Assembly: GCA_018669975.1 (NCBI GenBank)
Contig: JABHSK010000007.1
Location: forward strand, 128,390-192,389
From: Candidatus Parcubacteria bacterium
GTDB taxonomy: Bacteria; Patescibacteriota; Patescibacteriia; UBA1558; GWA2-36-10
Length of the DNA stretch: 64,000 bases
Direction: 5' to 3'
In this document: positions 19,922 through 28,366 of the stretch, in pieces
How the letters are laid out: each line of letters opens with the position of its first letter
Position numbering within the stretch: position 1 is the first letter of the stretch
Position numbers and translations under genes: made by a program
The notes under the pieces: model-generated
Told to the model about the DNA's origin: nothing
Seen by the model: the letters and a program-made list of their open reading frames with translations, nothing else
Databases searched by the model: none

Positions 19922-21169
19922 ATGTTGGACATAAAATATATCAGGGACAATCAAAATGAGGTAGAGCAAGCTCTACTCAAACGTATAGACAAGAAGAATT
20001 TGGACCTGAATAAAATTTTAAAATTAGACGATCAGCGTCGAGAAATTATAGTTAAAGTAGATGAGTTAAAAGCTGAACGTAATAAATTTTCTAAAACTAA
20101 ACCTGATGCAAAAACCATCAAGGCTATGAAAAAGCTTGGTGAAGATATTAAAGTTTTAGATAGAGATCTGAATTCTGCGGAGGCTACTTTAAATGAAGTT
20201 TTGGCAGCGTTACCAAATATCCCAGCTGATGATGTAGTAGCTGGTGGCAAAGAAAATAATAAAATTATCAAGACTTTTGGTGAGCAAACAAAGTTTGATT
20301 TTGAGCCAAAAAATCATGTTGATTTAGCTACTGATTTAGGGTTAATTGATTATGAGCGAGCAGCTAAGATGTCTGGTGCTGGTTTTTGGACTTATGTTGG
20401 TGATGGTGCATTATTAGAGTGGGCATTGCTCAATTATTTTATTGATTTTCATCGTAGTCATCCAGAGTATAGATTCATGATTCCGCCTTATATGTTGAAT
20501 GAAAATTCTGCTTATATTTCTGGTCATTTGCCAAAATTTAAAGATGATTTATTTTGGGCAGAAAAAGATAAATTATGCTTTAATGCTACTTCTGAGATGA
20601 TGTTAGGCAATTATCATGCTGGTGAAATGATTAACCGGAAAGATTTACCATTGAAGTATTATGCTTTTTCAACTTGCTTCCGTCGTGAAGCTGGAGCCTA
20701 TCGAACAGAGGAGAGGGGAATGATTCGCGGACATCAGTTTAATAAGATTGAGATGTTTCAATTTACTTTGCCAGAAGAATCTTGGGCAGCTTTTGATGAG
20801 TTACTAGACTATGGTGAGAAGTTGGTAGAAGGACTAGGCCTTCATTATAATACAGTTCAGCTAGCAGCTGGTGATTGTAGTGCTGCTATGGCCAAGACAA
20901 TTGATTTGGAGGTTTGGATACCAAGCATGAAAGGGTATAAGGAGGTGTCTAGTGTATCCAATGCCTTAGACTATCAAGCTAGGCGTGGTAATATCCGTTT
21001 TAAAGATGTGGATAATAAGAATAAGTTTTTACATACTCTGAATGCATCAGGCTTAGCTACTAGTAGAGTATTTCCAGCTATTTTAGAACAGAATCAGCAA
21101 GCGGATGGTTCAGTGTTGATACCAAAAGTTTTGCAGAAGTATATGGGTAAAAAAGTATTAAAGAAATAA
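19922..21169 (+). CDS. serS: Seryl-tRNA synthetase
   Basis: N-terminal coiled coil MLDIKYIRDN and class II core. Confidence 0.9.
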   Translation: MLDIKYIRDNQNEVEQALLKRIDKKNLDLNKILKLDDQRREIIVKVDELKAERNKFSKTKPDAKTIKAMKKLGEDIKVLDRDLNSAEATLNEVLAALPNIPADDVVAGGKENNKIIKTFGEQTKFDFEPKNHVDLATDLGLIDYERAAKMSGAGFWTYVGDGALLEWALLNYFIDFHRSHPEYRFMIPPYMLNENSAYISGHLPKFKDDLFWAEKDKLCFNATSEMMLGNYHAGEMINRKDLPLKYYAFSTCFRREAGAYRTEERGMIRGHQFNKIEMFQFTLPEESWAAFDELLDYGEKLVEGLGLHYNTVQLAAGDCSAAMAKTIDLEVWIPSMKGYKEVSSVSNALDYQARRGNIRFKDVDNKNKFLHTLNASGLATSRVFPAILEQNQQADGSVLIPKVLQKYMGKKVLKK

Positions 21170-22282
21170 ATGCCGTTGACCTGGATAGAAATAAATAAAA
21201 AGAATCTTGAACATAATTTGAAGCAATTCAATAAAGTTGCTAATCATTCAGAGCTTTGGCCAGTGGTCAAAAGCAATGCTTATGGTCACGGATTGGTAGA
21301 GGTTATTAAAATTTTAGATAAAGACAAGAATGCTAACGGTTTTATGGTTGTTAATTTAGGAGAAGCTTTACAGGCAGCTAAATTAACTAAAAAGCCAATT
21401 ATGATTTTGAGTTATTTTTCTATGGATGAGGATTTACTCAAAAAAGTAATCCACAAAAAAATATCTTTGCCAGTTTATGATTTAGATATGGTTGACTATC
21501 TAGAACATCTAGGTAAGAAGCTAAAGGCTAAATTTTCTATCAATATAAAAATAGATTGTGGTACTTCAAGATTAGGCTTTAAAGCAGAAGAGGCAGAGGA
21601 CGCCATAGAATACATAACCAAGAAAAAGAATTTACGTTTGCATAGTATTTTTACTCATTATGCTGAATCAGAGGCAGAAGATAAGAGTTTTACTTTGCAG
21701 CAGTTTAGTGCTTTTAATGAAATAGCCGGCAAGTATTTTGATATCAAAATGCATTCCGCTTGTTCAGCCTCAGCTATTAGTATGCCGGAAACTCAACAAG
21801 ATCTTGTGCGAGTTGGGATTTCTCTCTATGGTTTGTGGCCTAGCCAGGCAACACGTCAACGTGGAGAAAAAGTAGGTATTAAGTTGCATCCGGTCATGTC
21901 TTTAAAAACCAAGATTGTGCAGATTAAAGATTTGAAAAAAGGAGAGAGCGTTGGTTATAATAGGACTTATAGCTGCACCAAGGCTTGCAAGCTAGCAGTT
22001 TTGCCTATTGGCTACAATGAGGGTTATAGTCGTTTGTTTTCTAATAAAGCTAAAGTACTCATCAAGGGTAAGAGATATTTAGTTCGTGGAAATATTTGTA
22101 TGAATCTGACCATGGTAGAATTACCAGCTAATACAAACATCAAAGTAGGGGAGCAGGTAACATTGCTAGGTCATGACGGACGTGATGATATTAGTGCTGA
22201 AGAGTTAGCGGAGTTATCACAAACTATTAATTACGAAGTTGTTACTAAAATAAAAAAAGATTTACCTAGAGTAATCGTTTGA
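21170..22282 (+). CDS. alr: Alanine racemase
   Basis: PLP motif VVKSNAYGHG. Confidence 0.85.
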   Translation: MPLTWIEINKKNLEHNLKQFNKVANHSELWPVVKSNAYGHGLVEVIKILDKDKNANGFMVVNLGEALQAAKLTKKPIMILSYFSMDEDLLKKVIHKKISLPVYDLDMVDYLEHLGKKLKAKFSINIKIDCGTSRLGFKAEEAEDAIEYITKKKNLRLHSIFTHYAESEAEDKSFTLQQFSAFNEIAGKYFDIKMHSACSASAISMPETQQDLVRVGISLYGLWPSQATRQRGEKVGIKLHPVMSLKTKIVQIKDLKKGESVGYNRTYSCTKACKLAVLPIGYNEGYSRLFSNKAKVLIKGKRYLVRGNICMNLTMVELPANTNIKVGEQVTLLGHDGRDDISAEELAELSQTINYEVVTKIKKDLPRVIV

Positions 22283-22333
22283 TAATTAATATTAAACGAC
22301 ACATAGATAATAAAGCAAAGTAGGGTAGAGTGT

Positions 22334-23164
22334 ATGATGTCTAGAATAAGATCAAATCAAGTTTGGAAAAAACACCTGCCGCAAAAGCCACGCCGGGTAC
22401 AGCGGGGGTACTATACTGACAAAAAGAACAAGCAAAGTAAAACAGTTGTCAGGATTATTTGGGTTATTTTTATAATTTTATCTTTACAAAGTATTTTTCA
22501 TATAAAATATTTTAAAGTTGATAATATTAATTTAACAGGCAATAAAGATATTGTCCTGGAAGATATTCAAACTAGCTTGCAAGACGAGCTTACAGTCACT
22601 AGGTTTTTATTGTTTAAAAATGATAATTACTGGTTGCTTAAAACTGAGCCTATGGAAGAGATTTTGTTGGCCAATTATAACTTAGATGAGGTAAGAGTCA
22701 CCAAAAAATTTCCAGATACCTTAGATGTGAGTGTAAAAGAAAAGATTTCTCATTTTATTTGGCAGAAAGATGATGCTTTATACCTGTTAGATGCTAAGGG
22801 GTCCTTAAATCGTCAAATACGAGCTTTAGATGATAAATACCTTATAATACAGGACTTTCGTGCACGTCGTCCTGAGGGCGAGATAGTTTTTAACTCTGAG
22901 GAGATGAATATTATCAATAAACTATATTTAGCCTGGCAGGATATGATAGCCGATAAAGCTAAACTAGTTAAAATTAGGCTAGATGACAACTGGGGTTTAT
23001 TAGAACTGCACACTGATATAGGTTTTTATGTAAAGGTGGATGCCAACGAAGACTTAAAGGAACAAGTAAACAATTTGAACCAAGTATTAACAGCTGGAAA
23101 TATTACAGGAGTAGATGTAGATTATATAGATATACGTTTTGGGGATAAGGTGTATTTTAAGTAA
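22334..23164 (+). CDS. FtsQ/DivIB-like cell-division protein (POTRA)
   Basis: Basic N-terminus, single TM, then KKFPDTLDVSVKEKISHFIWQ, typical of the FtsQ POTRA region. Confidence 0.55.
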   Translation: MMSRIRSNQVWKKHLPQKPRRVQRGYYTDKKNKQSKTVVRIIWVIFIILSLQSIFHIKYFKVDNINLTGNKDIVLEDIQTSLQDELTVTRFLLFKNDNYWLLKTEPMEEILLANYNLDEVRVTKKFPDTLDVSVKEKISHFIWQKDDALYLLDAKGSLNRQIRALDDKYLIIQDFRARRPEGEIVFNSEEMNIINKLYLAWQDMIADKAKLVKIRLDDNWGLLELHTDIGFYVKVDANEDLKEQVNNLNQVLTAGNITGVDVDYIDIRFGDKVYFK

Positions 23165-23274
23165 AAATACTAAATAGGGTTAAAGTGGCCTTATTTATAT
23201 TTATAATACTAATTGAGTATAATAACTCTTACACTCAATTTGACAATATATAAACTAGGTTTTATAATATAAAC

Positions 23275-24231
23275 ATGGTAAATACTAAAAAAAGACAGAC
23301 CCTCCCCCTTCTTGATGAGTTTTTGGAAAACATCCAATCTAATAACTACTCTGCTGAGACGGTCTATAACTACGAAAGAGATCTAAATACTTTTGAAAAT
23401 TTTTTGACAGACGATATTAAAACACCGTTTAGCAAAATCACTAAGAGATCAATCATCAAGTTTAAGGCCTACCTCTCCTCTACTTCCAGGCAGACAGCCT
23501 CCAATGAGTCTGGTCAGAGTCAACTATCAAGTTATAGTATCAACCGCATCCTATCAGCTCTGCGTTCTTATTTAAGGTTTTTAGTAGAGATTGATCAAAA
23601 AGTACCTGTGCCTGCTGATGCTGTTAAACTTCTTAAAACAGAGAAAAAGTATGGACAGGTACCAGAGATGTCTGAATTAATAAAATTGATTGAGGCGCCA
23701 ACCCAGTTTGAGAATGATCCGACTATCAAGTTGCGTAATCGAGCTATGCTGGAGACTTTGTTCGCTACTGGTATGCGTATTTCTGAATTATTATCACTGA
23801 AACGTGAGCAACTAGATAAAACTGGTCGTATCTATGTTATGGGTAAGGGCAAAAAACAACGTTTTGTCTATCTAACACCTCGGGCTATTAAACATCTTAA
23901 GGATTATTTATCAGCTCGTCATGATGATACTCCCTACTTATTTATCCCTTATCGTGGTCGCAATAATCAGCAAAAAAATAAGAAAATATCGACCAATTAT
24001 TTACAATATAAGATAAAGCGCTATCGGGAGCTTTTATCTATTAATATACCGATATCAGCCCATTCTATTCGGCATAGCTTTGCTACTTATTTAGCAGAAA
24101 ATGGTGCTAACCCGGCTGCTATTCAAATATTACTAGGACATGAGTCGCTGGATACTACGACGCGTTATGTGCACGCTTCAGACCGTTATGCTGAAAGGAT
24201 GCACACTAAGTTTCATCCTCTTAAAAAATAA
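23275..24231 (+). CDS. Tyrosine recombinase, XerC/XerD family
   Basis: Catalytic R (ATGMRISEL), HSIRHSFAT (H-x-x-R), TTTRYVH (Tyr). Abuts a GC-rich island. Confidence 0.8.
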   Translation: MVNTKKRQTLPLLDEFLENIQSNNYSAETVYNYERDLNTFENFLTDDIKTPFSKITKRSIIKFKAYLSSTSRQTASNESGQSQLSSYSINRILSALRSYLRFLVEIDQKVPVPADAVKLLKTEKKYGQVPEMSELIKLIEAPTQFENDPTIKLRNRAMLETLFATGMRISELLSLKREQLDKTGRIYVMGKGKKQRFVYLTPRAIKHLKDYLSARHDDTPYLFIPYRGRNNQQKNKKISTNYLQYKIKRYRELLSINIPISAHSIRHSFATYLAENGANPAAIQILLGHESLDTTTRYVHASDRYAERMHTKFHPLKK

Positions 24232-24245
24232 TATAAAAAAAGAAA

Positions 24246-24271
24246 AACCCTGTACCAGCTGGTACAGGGTT
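24246..24271. terminator. Bidirectional terminator between the xer-like gene and minus-strand gene 24281..25087
   Basis: aaccctgtacc-agct-ggtacagggtt perfect palindrome flanked by A-runs and T-runs. Confidence 0.75.
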
Positions 24272-24280
24272 GATATTTAT

Positions 24281-25087
24281 TTAGGCAATACTGACATTGG
24301 CATTGTCGGTAAAAATCTTACTTTGGGCTTCGGGGCTACTAGGCCAGTTTCGAATAACTTCGTCGATCAGGCTCATGGCAGTCAGGAAGTCACAGTGGAC
24401 AGATTGGATACCGAAGCGGTAGCCTTTCTTGTCACCGTCTTCACCAATGAAAGTGATAGACTCTTCTAGTCCCTCACGTGCACCTTCGACTTTGACCAAA
24501 GTAAACACGATTCTGCCGGCGGAGACCAGGCTACGCATTGCGACATTGCCGAATTGGCCACTCATACCACACTTGTCCGAAGCATCGATGACTTTCAGTA
24601 GTCCGTTTTCATAGACCTGGCGTAGGAAACAATCCCAGGCCTTACTCAGGACAGTCGTCTCGGCGAAGAAATATGATTCAATATTGTGGCGGACATTGGC
24701 GCCCATGCTTCGATATTCCATATCACGCTCAATGGCACTCTCTATTAGGCGTGCCAAGGTGCTGATAGTTAGGGCTTTTTCGACAGCCTGAAATTGGACA
24801 TCCAGCAGATCGACGACTTCATCGTTACCGCGTTCGATTGCTTCCAGGTAGTCTTGGCGGCACTTGGCCACTACTGAGTGGTCATCGTGTCGGAAGAGTT
24901 CCCAGGCATCAGCTAGGATGCGAGGTAGATAGTGAGAGATGCCACAGTGTTTAAAAGTGGTTTCGTCGGCTACTCTTTCGTCGAGATACCAGCGTAGGAA
25001 AAACACAAGATGTTTTTCACCGCGGGTCTGGAAATCTCCAGCATGCAGATAGCCTGATAGGGCTCGAGTGAGTTCGTTTTTTTGCAA
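24281..25087 (-). CDS. Hypothetical 268-aa cytoplasmic protein, GC-rich orphan with a TTG start preceded by GGAGG
   Basis: Long ORF at about 50% GC with its own promoter, SD and terminator. No family recognised by eye. Confidence 0.55.
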   Translation of the reverse strand: MQKNELTRALSGYLHAGDFQTRGEKHLVFFLRWYLDERVADETTFKHCGISHYLPRILADAWELFRHDDHSVVAKCRQDYLEAIERGNDEVVDLLDVQFQAVEKALTISTLARLIESAIERDMEYRSMGANVRHNIESYFFAETTVLSKAWDCFLRQVYENGLLKVIDASDKCGMSGQFGNVAMRSLVSAGRIVFTLVKVEGAREGLEESITFIGEDGDKKGYRFGIQSVHCDFLTAMSLIDEVIRNWPSSPEAQSKIFTDNANVSIA

Positions 25088-25147
25088 GGTATTACCTCCA
25101 GTTAAAGTACATAGTTGAAGCCAAATATATAGCTCGAATGACAGTTA

Positions 25148-25215
25148 TTTTTACTATGAATATCATTTTTTGTCAATAATTGACATGTTTTGTTGGTATA
25201 TGTTAAGATACATTT
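25148..25215. promoter_or_regulatory. Divergent promoter region built on palindrome TGTCAAT-A-ATTGACA (two overlapping -35 TTGACA hexamers, one per strand)
   Basis: 25171..25185 seen directly. Plus-strand TTGACA-N17-TTAAGA(T). Minus-strand TTGACA-N17-TAAAAA(T) leads to the TTG-start gene. Confidence 0.5.
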
Positions 25216-25224
25216 AGCTTTTTT

Positions 25225-25480
25225 AGAACCTTAATTATACAACAACATGATGGCTGTAGAAGGGAAGGCCAGTATCTTGGAGACGCTCGGAATGGGTACC
25301 CAAAAGGAAGGCCTACGTGGCCCAATTAACCCTAAGGGATTCCGAGCTGTTTTAGGCAAATGTGCCTACCAACTATGTCCTAGATACCCCCTGATACAGC
25401 CACCTATTACCCCCTACCGAACCATTGAGATTTTTCCGCATAACGCTAAAAAGCCTCAATCTCGGTAGGGGGCTTTTTTT
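25225..25480 (+). ncRNA. Candidate structured ncRNA (about 250 nt) ending in a long GC-rich terminator hairpin. Weak resemblance to 23S rRNA domain III segments.
   Basis: GC-rich, stop-interrupted except for a weak 73-aa ORF with no SD. Internal pairings ggaaggcc...ggaaggcc. Terminator cccctaccga...tcggtagggg followed by ttttttt. Confidence 0.35.
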
Positions 25481-25723
25481 ATTAACATTTGACAAGATTT
25501 TGTTTATATATTAAGTTGAAAGTAGAAGGTATATAGAAAACTGAATAAAAGTTGTAAATCAATACAAATTACAAATCGCCAAAAACAAAAATATCTGGTA
25601 CTTTGACAATCCAGATTGATGATAGATAGCGTTTTAGCCTGTATTGATTTTTTGTTTCCTGTCACCCCACCACACCCAAATTTCCGACATGGTGTCGGAA
25701 TACAACCAGAAAGGTGGTTCATC

Positions 25724-26149
25724 ATGAAGAACGGGAGGAATAACCATAAGACACACAGACGTGTGAGGTATTACTTGTATTGGCTGTGTTTCGCTTGGAT
25801 GGTCGCTCAAATGGCGCTCATCCTCTGGAAATTCTTTGGATTTCCGCCCCCTATCATCATTCCGCCGAGTTTCCCGGTGTATTATTTTGTAGTCCTAGTC
25901 GTCTATTCGGTCGTCAGGGCGAGCGCTCGTTGGGCGCACAAGGTATTACCGCGAAAGAAGGGTGGAACCTTTGTGTATCTGTGGGGCATTTTTGCACTAC
26001 TGATTCACATCATTGCTGCGTTTGGTAACGGGCGCTTCGAAATTCCCAGAGTCACGTTTGACAACTTGTTGTTTGTCTCCATTGTTTACGTGGCATCTAG
26101 GATTGAAAAGCGTTTATTTCTAAATATACGCAATGGCTCTAAACATTAA
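25724..26149 (+). CDS. Hypothetical small membrane protein (141 aa from the SD-preceded Met; 3-4 TM, Pro-rich loop)
   Basis: GAAAGGTGG SD 6 nt before the ATG at 25724, in frame with the longer ORF-track call. Perfect 8-bp hairpin ttccgaca-tgg-tgtcggaa immediately upstream of the SD. Confidence 0.5.
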   Translation: MKNGRNNHKTHRRVRYYLYWLCFAWMVAQMALILWKFFGFPPPIIIPPSFPVYYFVVLVVYSVVRASARWAHKVLPRKKGGTFVYLWGIFALLIHIIAAFGNGRFEIPRVTFDNLLFVSIVYVASRIEKRLFLNIRNGSKH

Positions 26150-26428
26150 CTTGAAGGAGGAAGACTGCTATGTCCCCTTTTAGCAACTGAGCCATCTATA
26201 GATTTTTATTTCCTAGGTGGCTCGTTTTTTTATAAATAAAAAAGGAGAGTTATCGCACTCTCCCGCACATCCGTGTGACTGGTGTTGTAGTCAAGATGTA
26301 AGCGCCCTATTTTGCCTTAGGGGCAGGCTCCGGTGACATCGTCTACTATGTTGCCTCTTTTTATATATGGGCACCAGGGAGAAATGACGTATGTCTCAGA
26401 AATAATTAAGGTTCTACGGATACAAAAA

Positions 26429-26451
26429 ATATCCTATCAAGAATAGGATAT
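26429..26451 (-). terminator. Terminator of 26480..28366
   Basis: atatcctat-caaga-ataggatat with a minus-strand T-run. Confidence 0.6.
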
Positions 26452-26479
26452 ATTGTCAAGACCTAGTTGATATTTGGAT

Positions 26480-28366
26480 TTATAAGCTTATTTTAGCGTT
26501 TAATATTTGATTTTGATACGCCTCCTCTACTTCAGACCAATCAAGGTATTTTTGTAGAAAATTTTGTTTGATTTCGTCGGTCATTAACTGTGGCTGGCTA
26601 GCAATGGAAGTCATTGGTAAAAGATAAAGAGTATAAGTTTTATCTGAGGTATTATAAGATACGCCGACACCCATTTCTTCTTGGGTATCTGGAGAGAAAT
26701 ACTGATCAAAGATAAAGTTGCCCAGTGAATAAAATATTGGTTTATCTTTATATATTTCCATTCCTTGAACTACATGTGGATGATGACCAATAATCATATC
26801 AGCTCCAGCATCAATAAATTGGTGAGCAAGATTTTGTTGTATAGAATTAAAATTGTGCTCATATTCAACGCCCCAGTGTACGTTGACTATCACTAAATCA
26901 TTTTTAGTGTCTGCATTTTTAATTATACTTAAAGCTTCATCTACATCAAACATATTATAAACCATACTCAATCCAATCATAGCTACTTTCTGATCAGCCA
27001 CTTGAATATCTCTCTGACTACATTCGGCAATTTCAGAGTCTGGACAACCAGCAAAAGCTATATCTAAATCAGCTAGGTTTTTATATGTTTCAGCTAAACC
27101 AGCGTGTCCTTGATCGGTAACATGATTATTAGCAGTTGTAAAAAAATTAAAGTAATAATCTTTGTTTAGTGTTTTGATTAATTTTGGGTTAAATGAAAAA
27201 TCATAAGGCACTATTGGTAGATAGTGTTGACCATCTTTAGTGACGGCGCCTTCTAAATTAGCTGCTACTATATCTGAACCCATGAAAAATCTTTTTTCTT
27301 CAGTGGCTAAATTAGCAAATAAATGAGCTAGCCCATACTCCTTTATCTTGGTGCCCACGTTTCTGTCCAACATCAAATCACCGAAGAATAAAAAGTTTAT
27401 AATATTTTCTTGGCTAGGCTTACCTTTTGAAAAATAATACAGCTGATGACTAGTGGTTGGTTCATCTGGCATGCCTATTAGGTCTCCAGAATTGGTATGA
27501 AAAACGAGTTGACTCTGTTGAGAGTTTATAGTTTCTAGATATTTTAATAAGGTATAAATAGAGGCTGGCGAGTCAATTTCTAAATCATGTATACGGTCAA
27601 AATCAAAACTCTCTATCACTCCTCTGCTTTGCTGATCATGAAAATCAGATACTAAACTAGTTTGAAAATGTGAAAAATCTACACTAGCCAGTACTAGAGT
27701 TTTTTCTTTATCCATAGTGCTTAGTAGACCAGCCAATTGATTCAATTCTTCCAGGGGTGTTTGATATTTTATTATTATAGGTACTATTTTGGCTTGTGGG
27801 AGACTTTTTTTAATAAAAGGCACTAAACCAGATATAGAGTGTTCTCTGGCAAAGGGATTCTCATCAATATTAAAATAATTATTAAACTGGTCAATAGTAT
27901 TAGTGTCTGGTAAAAGTTCACCGTATGGCGTATTCCATTTTGCTCGGGATAAAAGTATATCTTTATTGCCAGCCTGGTAATGATTTGGTCCAATTAGGAT
28001 GACTGTATCATAGACATCTTCTAGACCGCTGAAATAAGCAGCTATTTTTTCTTTCACCATTAAGTGGTGTGGAATAATACCACCATAAATCTTATTAGCT
28101 GGAGTTGGGATTTGCCCTTGCGCAGCTTGGTAGGCTCCTTGATAGACATCGAGTTTAATGTGATAAGATCGGTGTGTATCTAAGGTAGTCGCGCTACTTG
28201 ATTGTTTTAAGATGCTTATTTCTTGTATAGAGCTTAGTAAGTTGGTATTTTCCTTTTTTAGATATATATAAATTAGTCCTACTTGTGAAATGAGTAGGAC
28301 TAATAGAATAATAAATATTGTTTTTTTGCTTTTGTCGGACATTATTTTTTTAACGGCGGGCTCCAC
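26480..28366 (-). CDS. Membrane-anchored fusion protein: Memo1/AmmeMemoRadiSam-B-like domain plus CapA-family (PGA-capsule / metallophosphatase-like) domain
   Basis: N-terminal TM. GGIIPHHLM...LIGPNHY (Memo-like). C-terminal ...VNVHWGVEYEH...GADMIIGHHPHVVQG...YSLGNF (CapA). Confidence 0.6.
   Translation of the reverse strand: MEPAVKKIMSDKSKKTIFIILLVLLISQVGLIYIYLKKENTNLLSSIQEISILKQSSSATTLDTHRSYHIKLDVYQGAYQAAQGQIPTPANKIYGGIIPHHLMVKEKIAAYFSGLEDVYDTVILIGPNHYQAGNKDILLSRAKWNTPYGELLPDTNTIDQFNNYFNIDENPFAREHSISGLVPFIKKSLPQAKIVPIIIKYQTPLEELNQLAGLLSTMDKEKTLVLASVDFSHFQTSLVSDFHDQQSRGVIESFDFDRIHDLEIDSPASIYTLLKYLETINSQQSQLVFHTNSGDLIGMPDEPTTSHQLYYFSKGKPSQENIINFLFFGDLMLDRNVGTKIKEYGLAHLFANLATEEKRFFMGSDIVAANLEGAVTKDGQHYLPIVPYDFSFNPKLIKTLNKDYYFNFFTTANNHVTDQGHAGLAETYKNLADLDIAFAGCPDSEIAECSQRDIQVADQKVAMIGLSMVYNMFDVDEALSIIKNADTKNDLVIVNVHWGVEYEHNFNSIQQNLAHQFIDAGADMIIGHHPHVVQGMEIYKDKPIFYSLGNFIFDQYFSPDTQEEMGVGVSYNTSDKTYTLYLLPMTSIASQPQLMTDEIKQNFLQKYLDWSEVEEAYQNQILNAKISL

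Noticed and set aside
24140-24614. Plus-strand ORFs 24140..24469 and 24429..24614
   Set aside because: Both are antisense or overlapping shadows of the minus-strand gene 24281..25087 and the xer gene 3' end. They have no SD and no independent signals.
25247-25468. 73-aa plus-strand ORF (MMAVEGKASILETLGMG...)
   Set aside because: It has no SD and a Gly/Pro/Arg-rich odd composition. It lies inside a region better explained as a structured RNA ending in a strong terminator. Kept only as an alternative.
25225-25480. Guanidine-I (ykkC) or fluoride riboswitch controlling the downstream small membrane protein
   Set aside because: Only a partial CUAAGGGAUUCCG resemblance to the ykkC CUAGGGUUCCG box, located mid-element rather than at the 5' end. 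The downstream protein lacks the SugE/Gdx or CrcB motifs. A separate terminator and promoter lie between the element and the gene.
25616-25723. N-terminal 36 codons of the ORF-track call 25616..26149
   Set aside because: The upstream ATG lacks an SD. The internal ATG at 25724 has GAAAGGTGG at ideal spacing, and the extension would run through the leader hairpin.
25504-26028. ORFs 25504..25725 (-) and 25780..26028 (+)
   Set aside because: They overlap the promoter or leader, or sit out of frame inside the better-supported membrane-protein gene 25724..26149.
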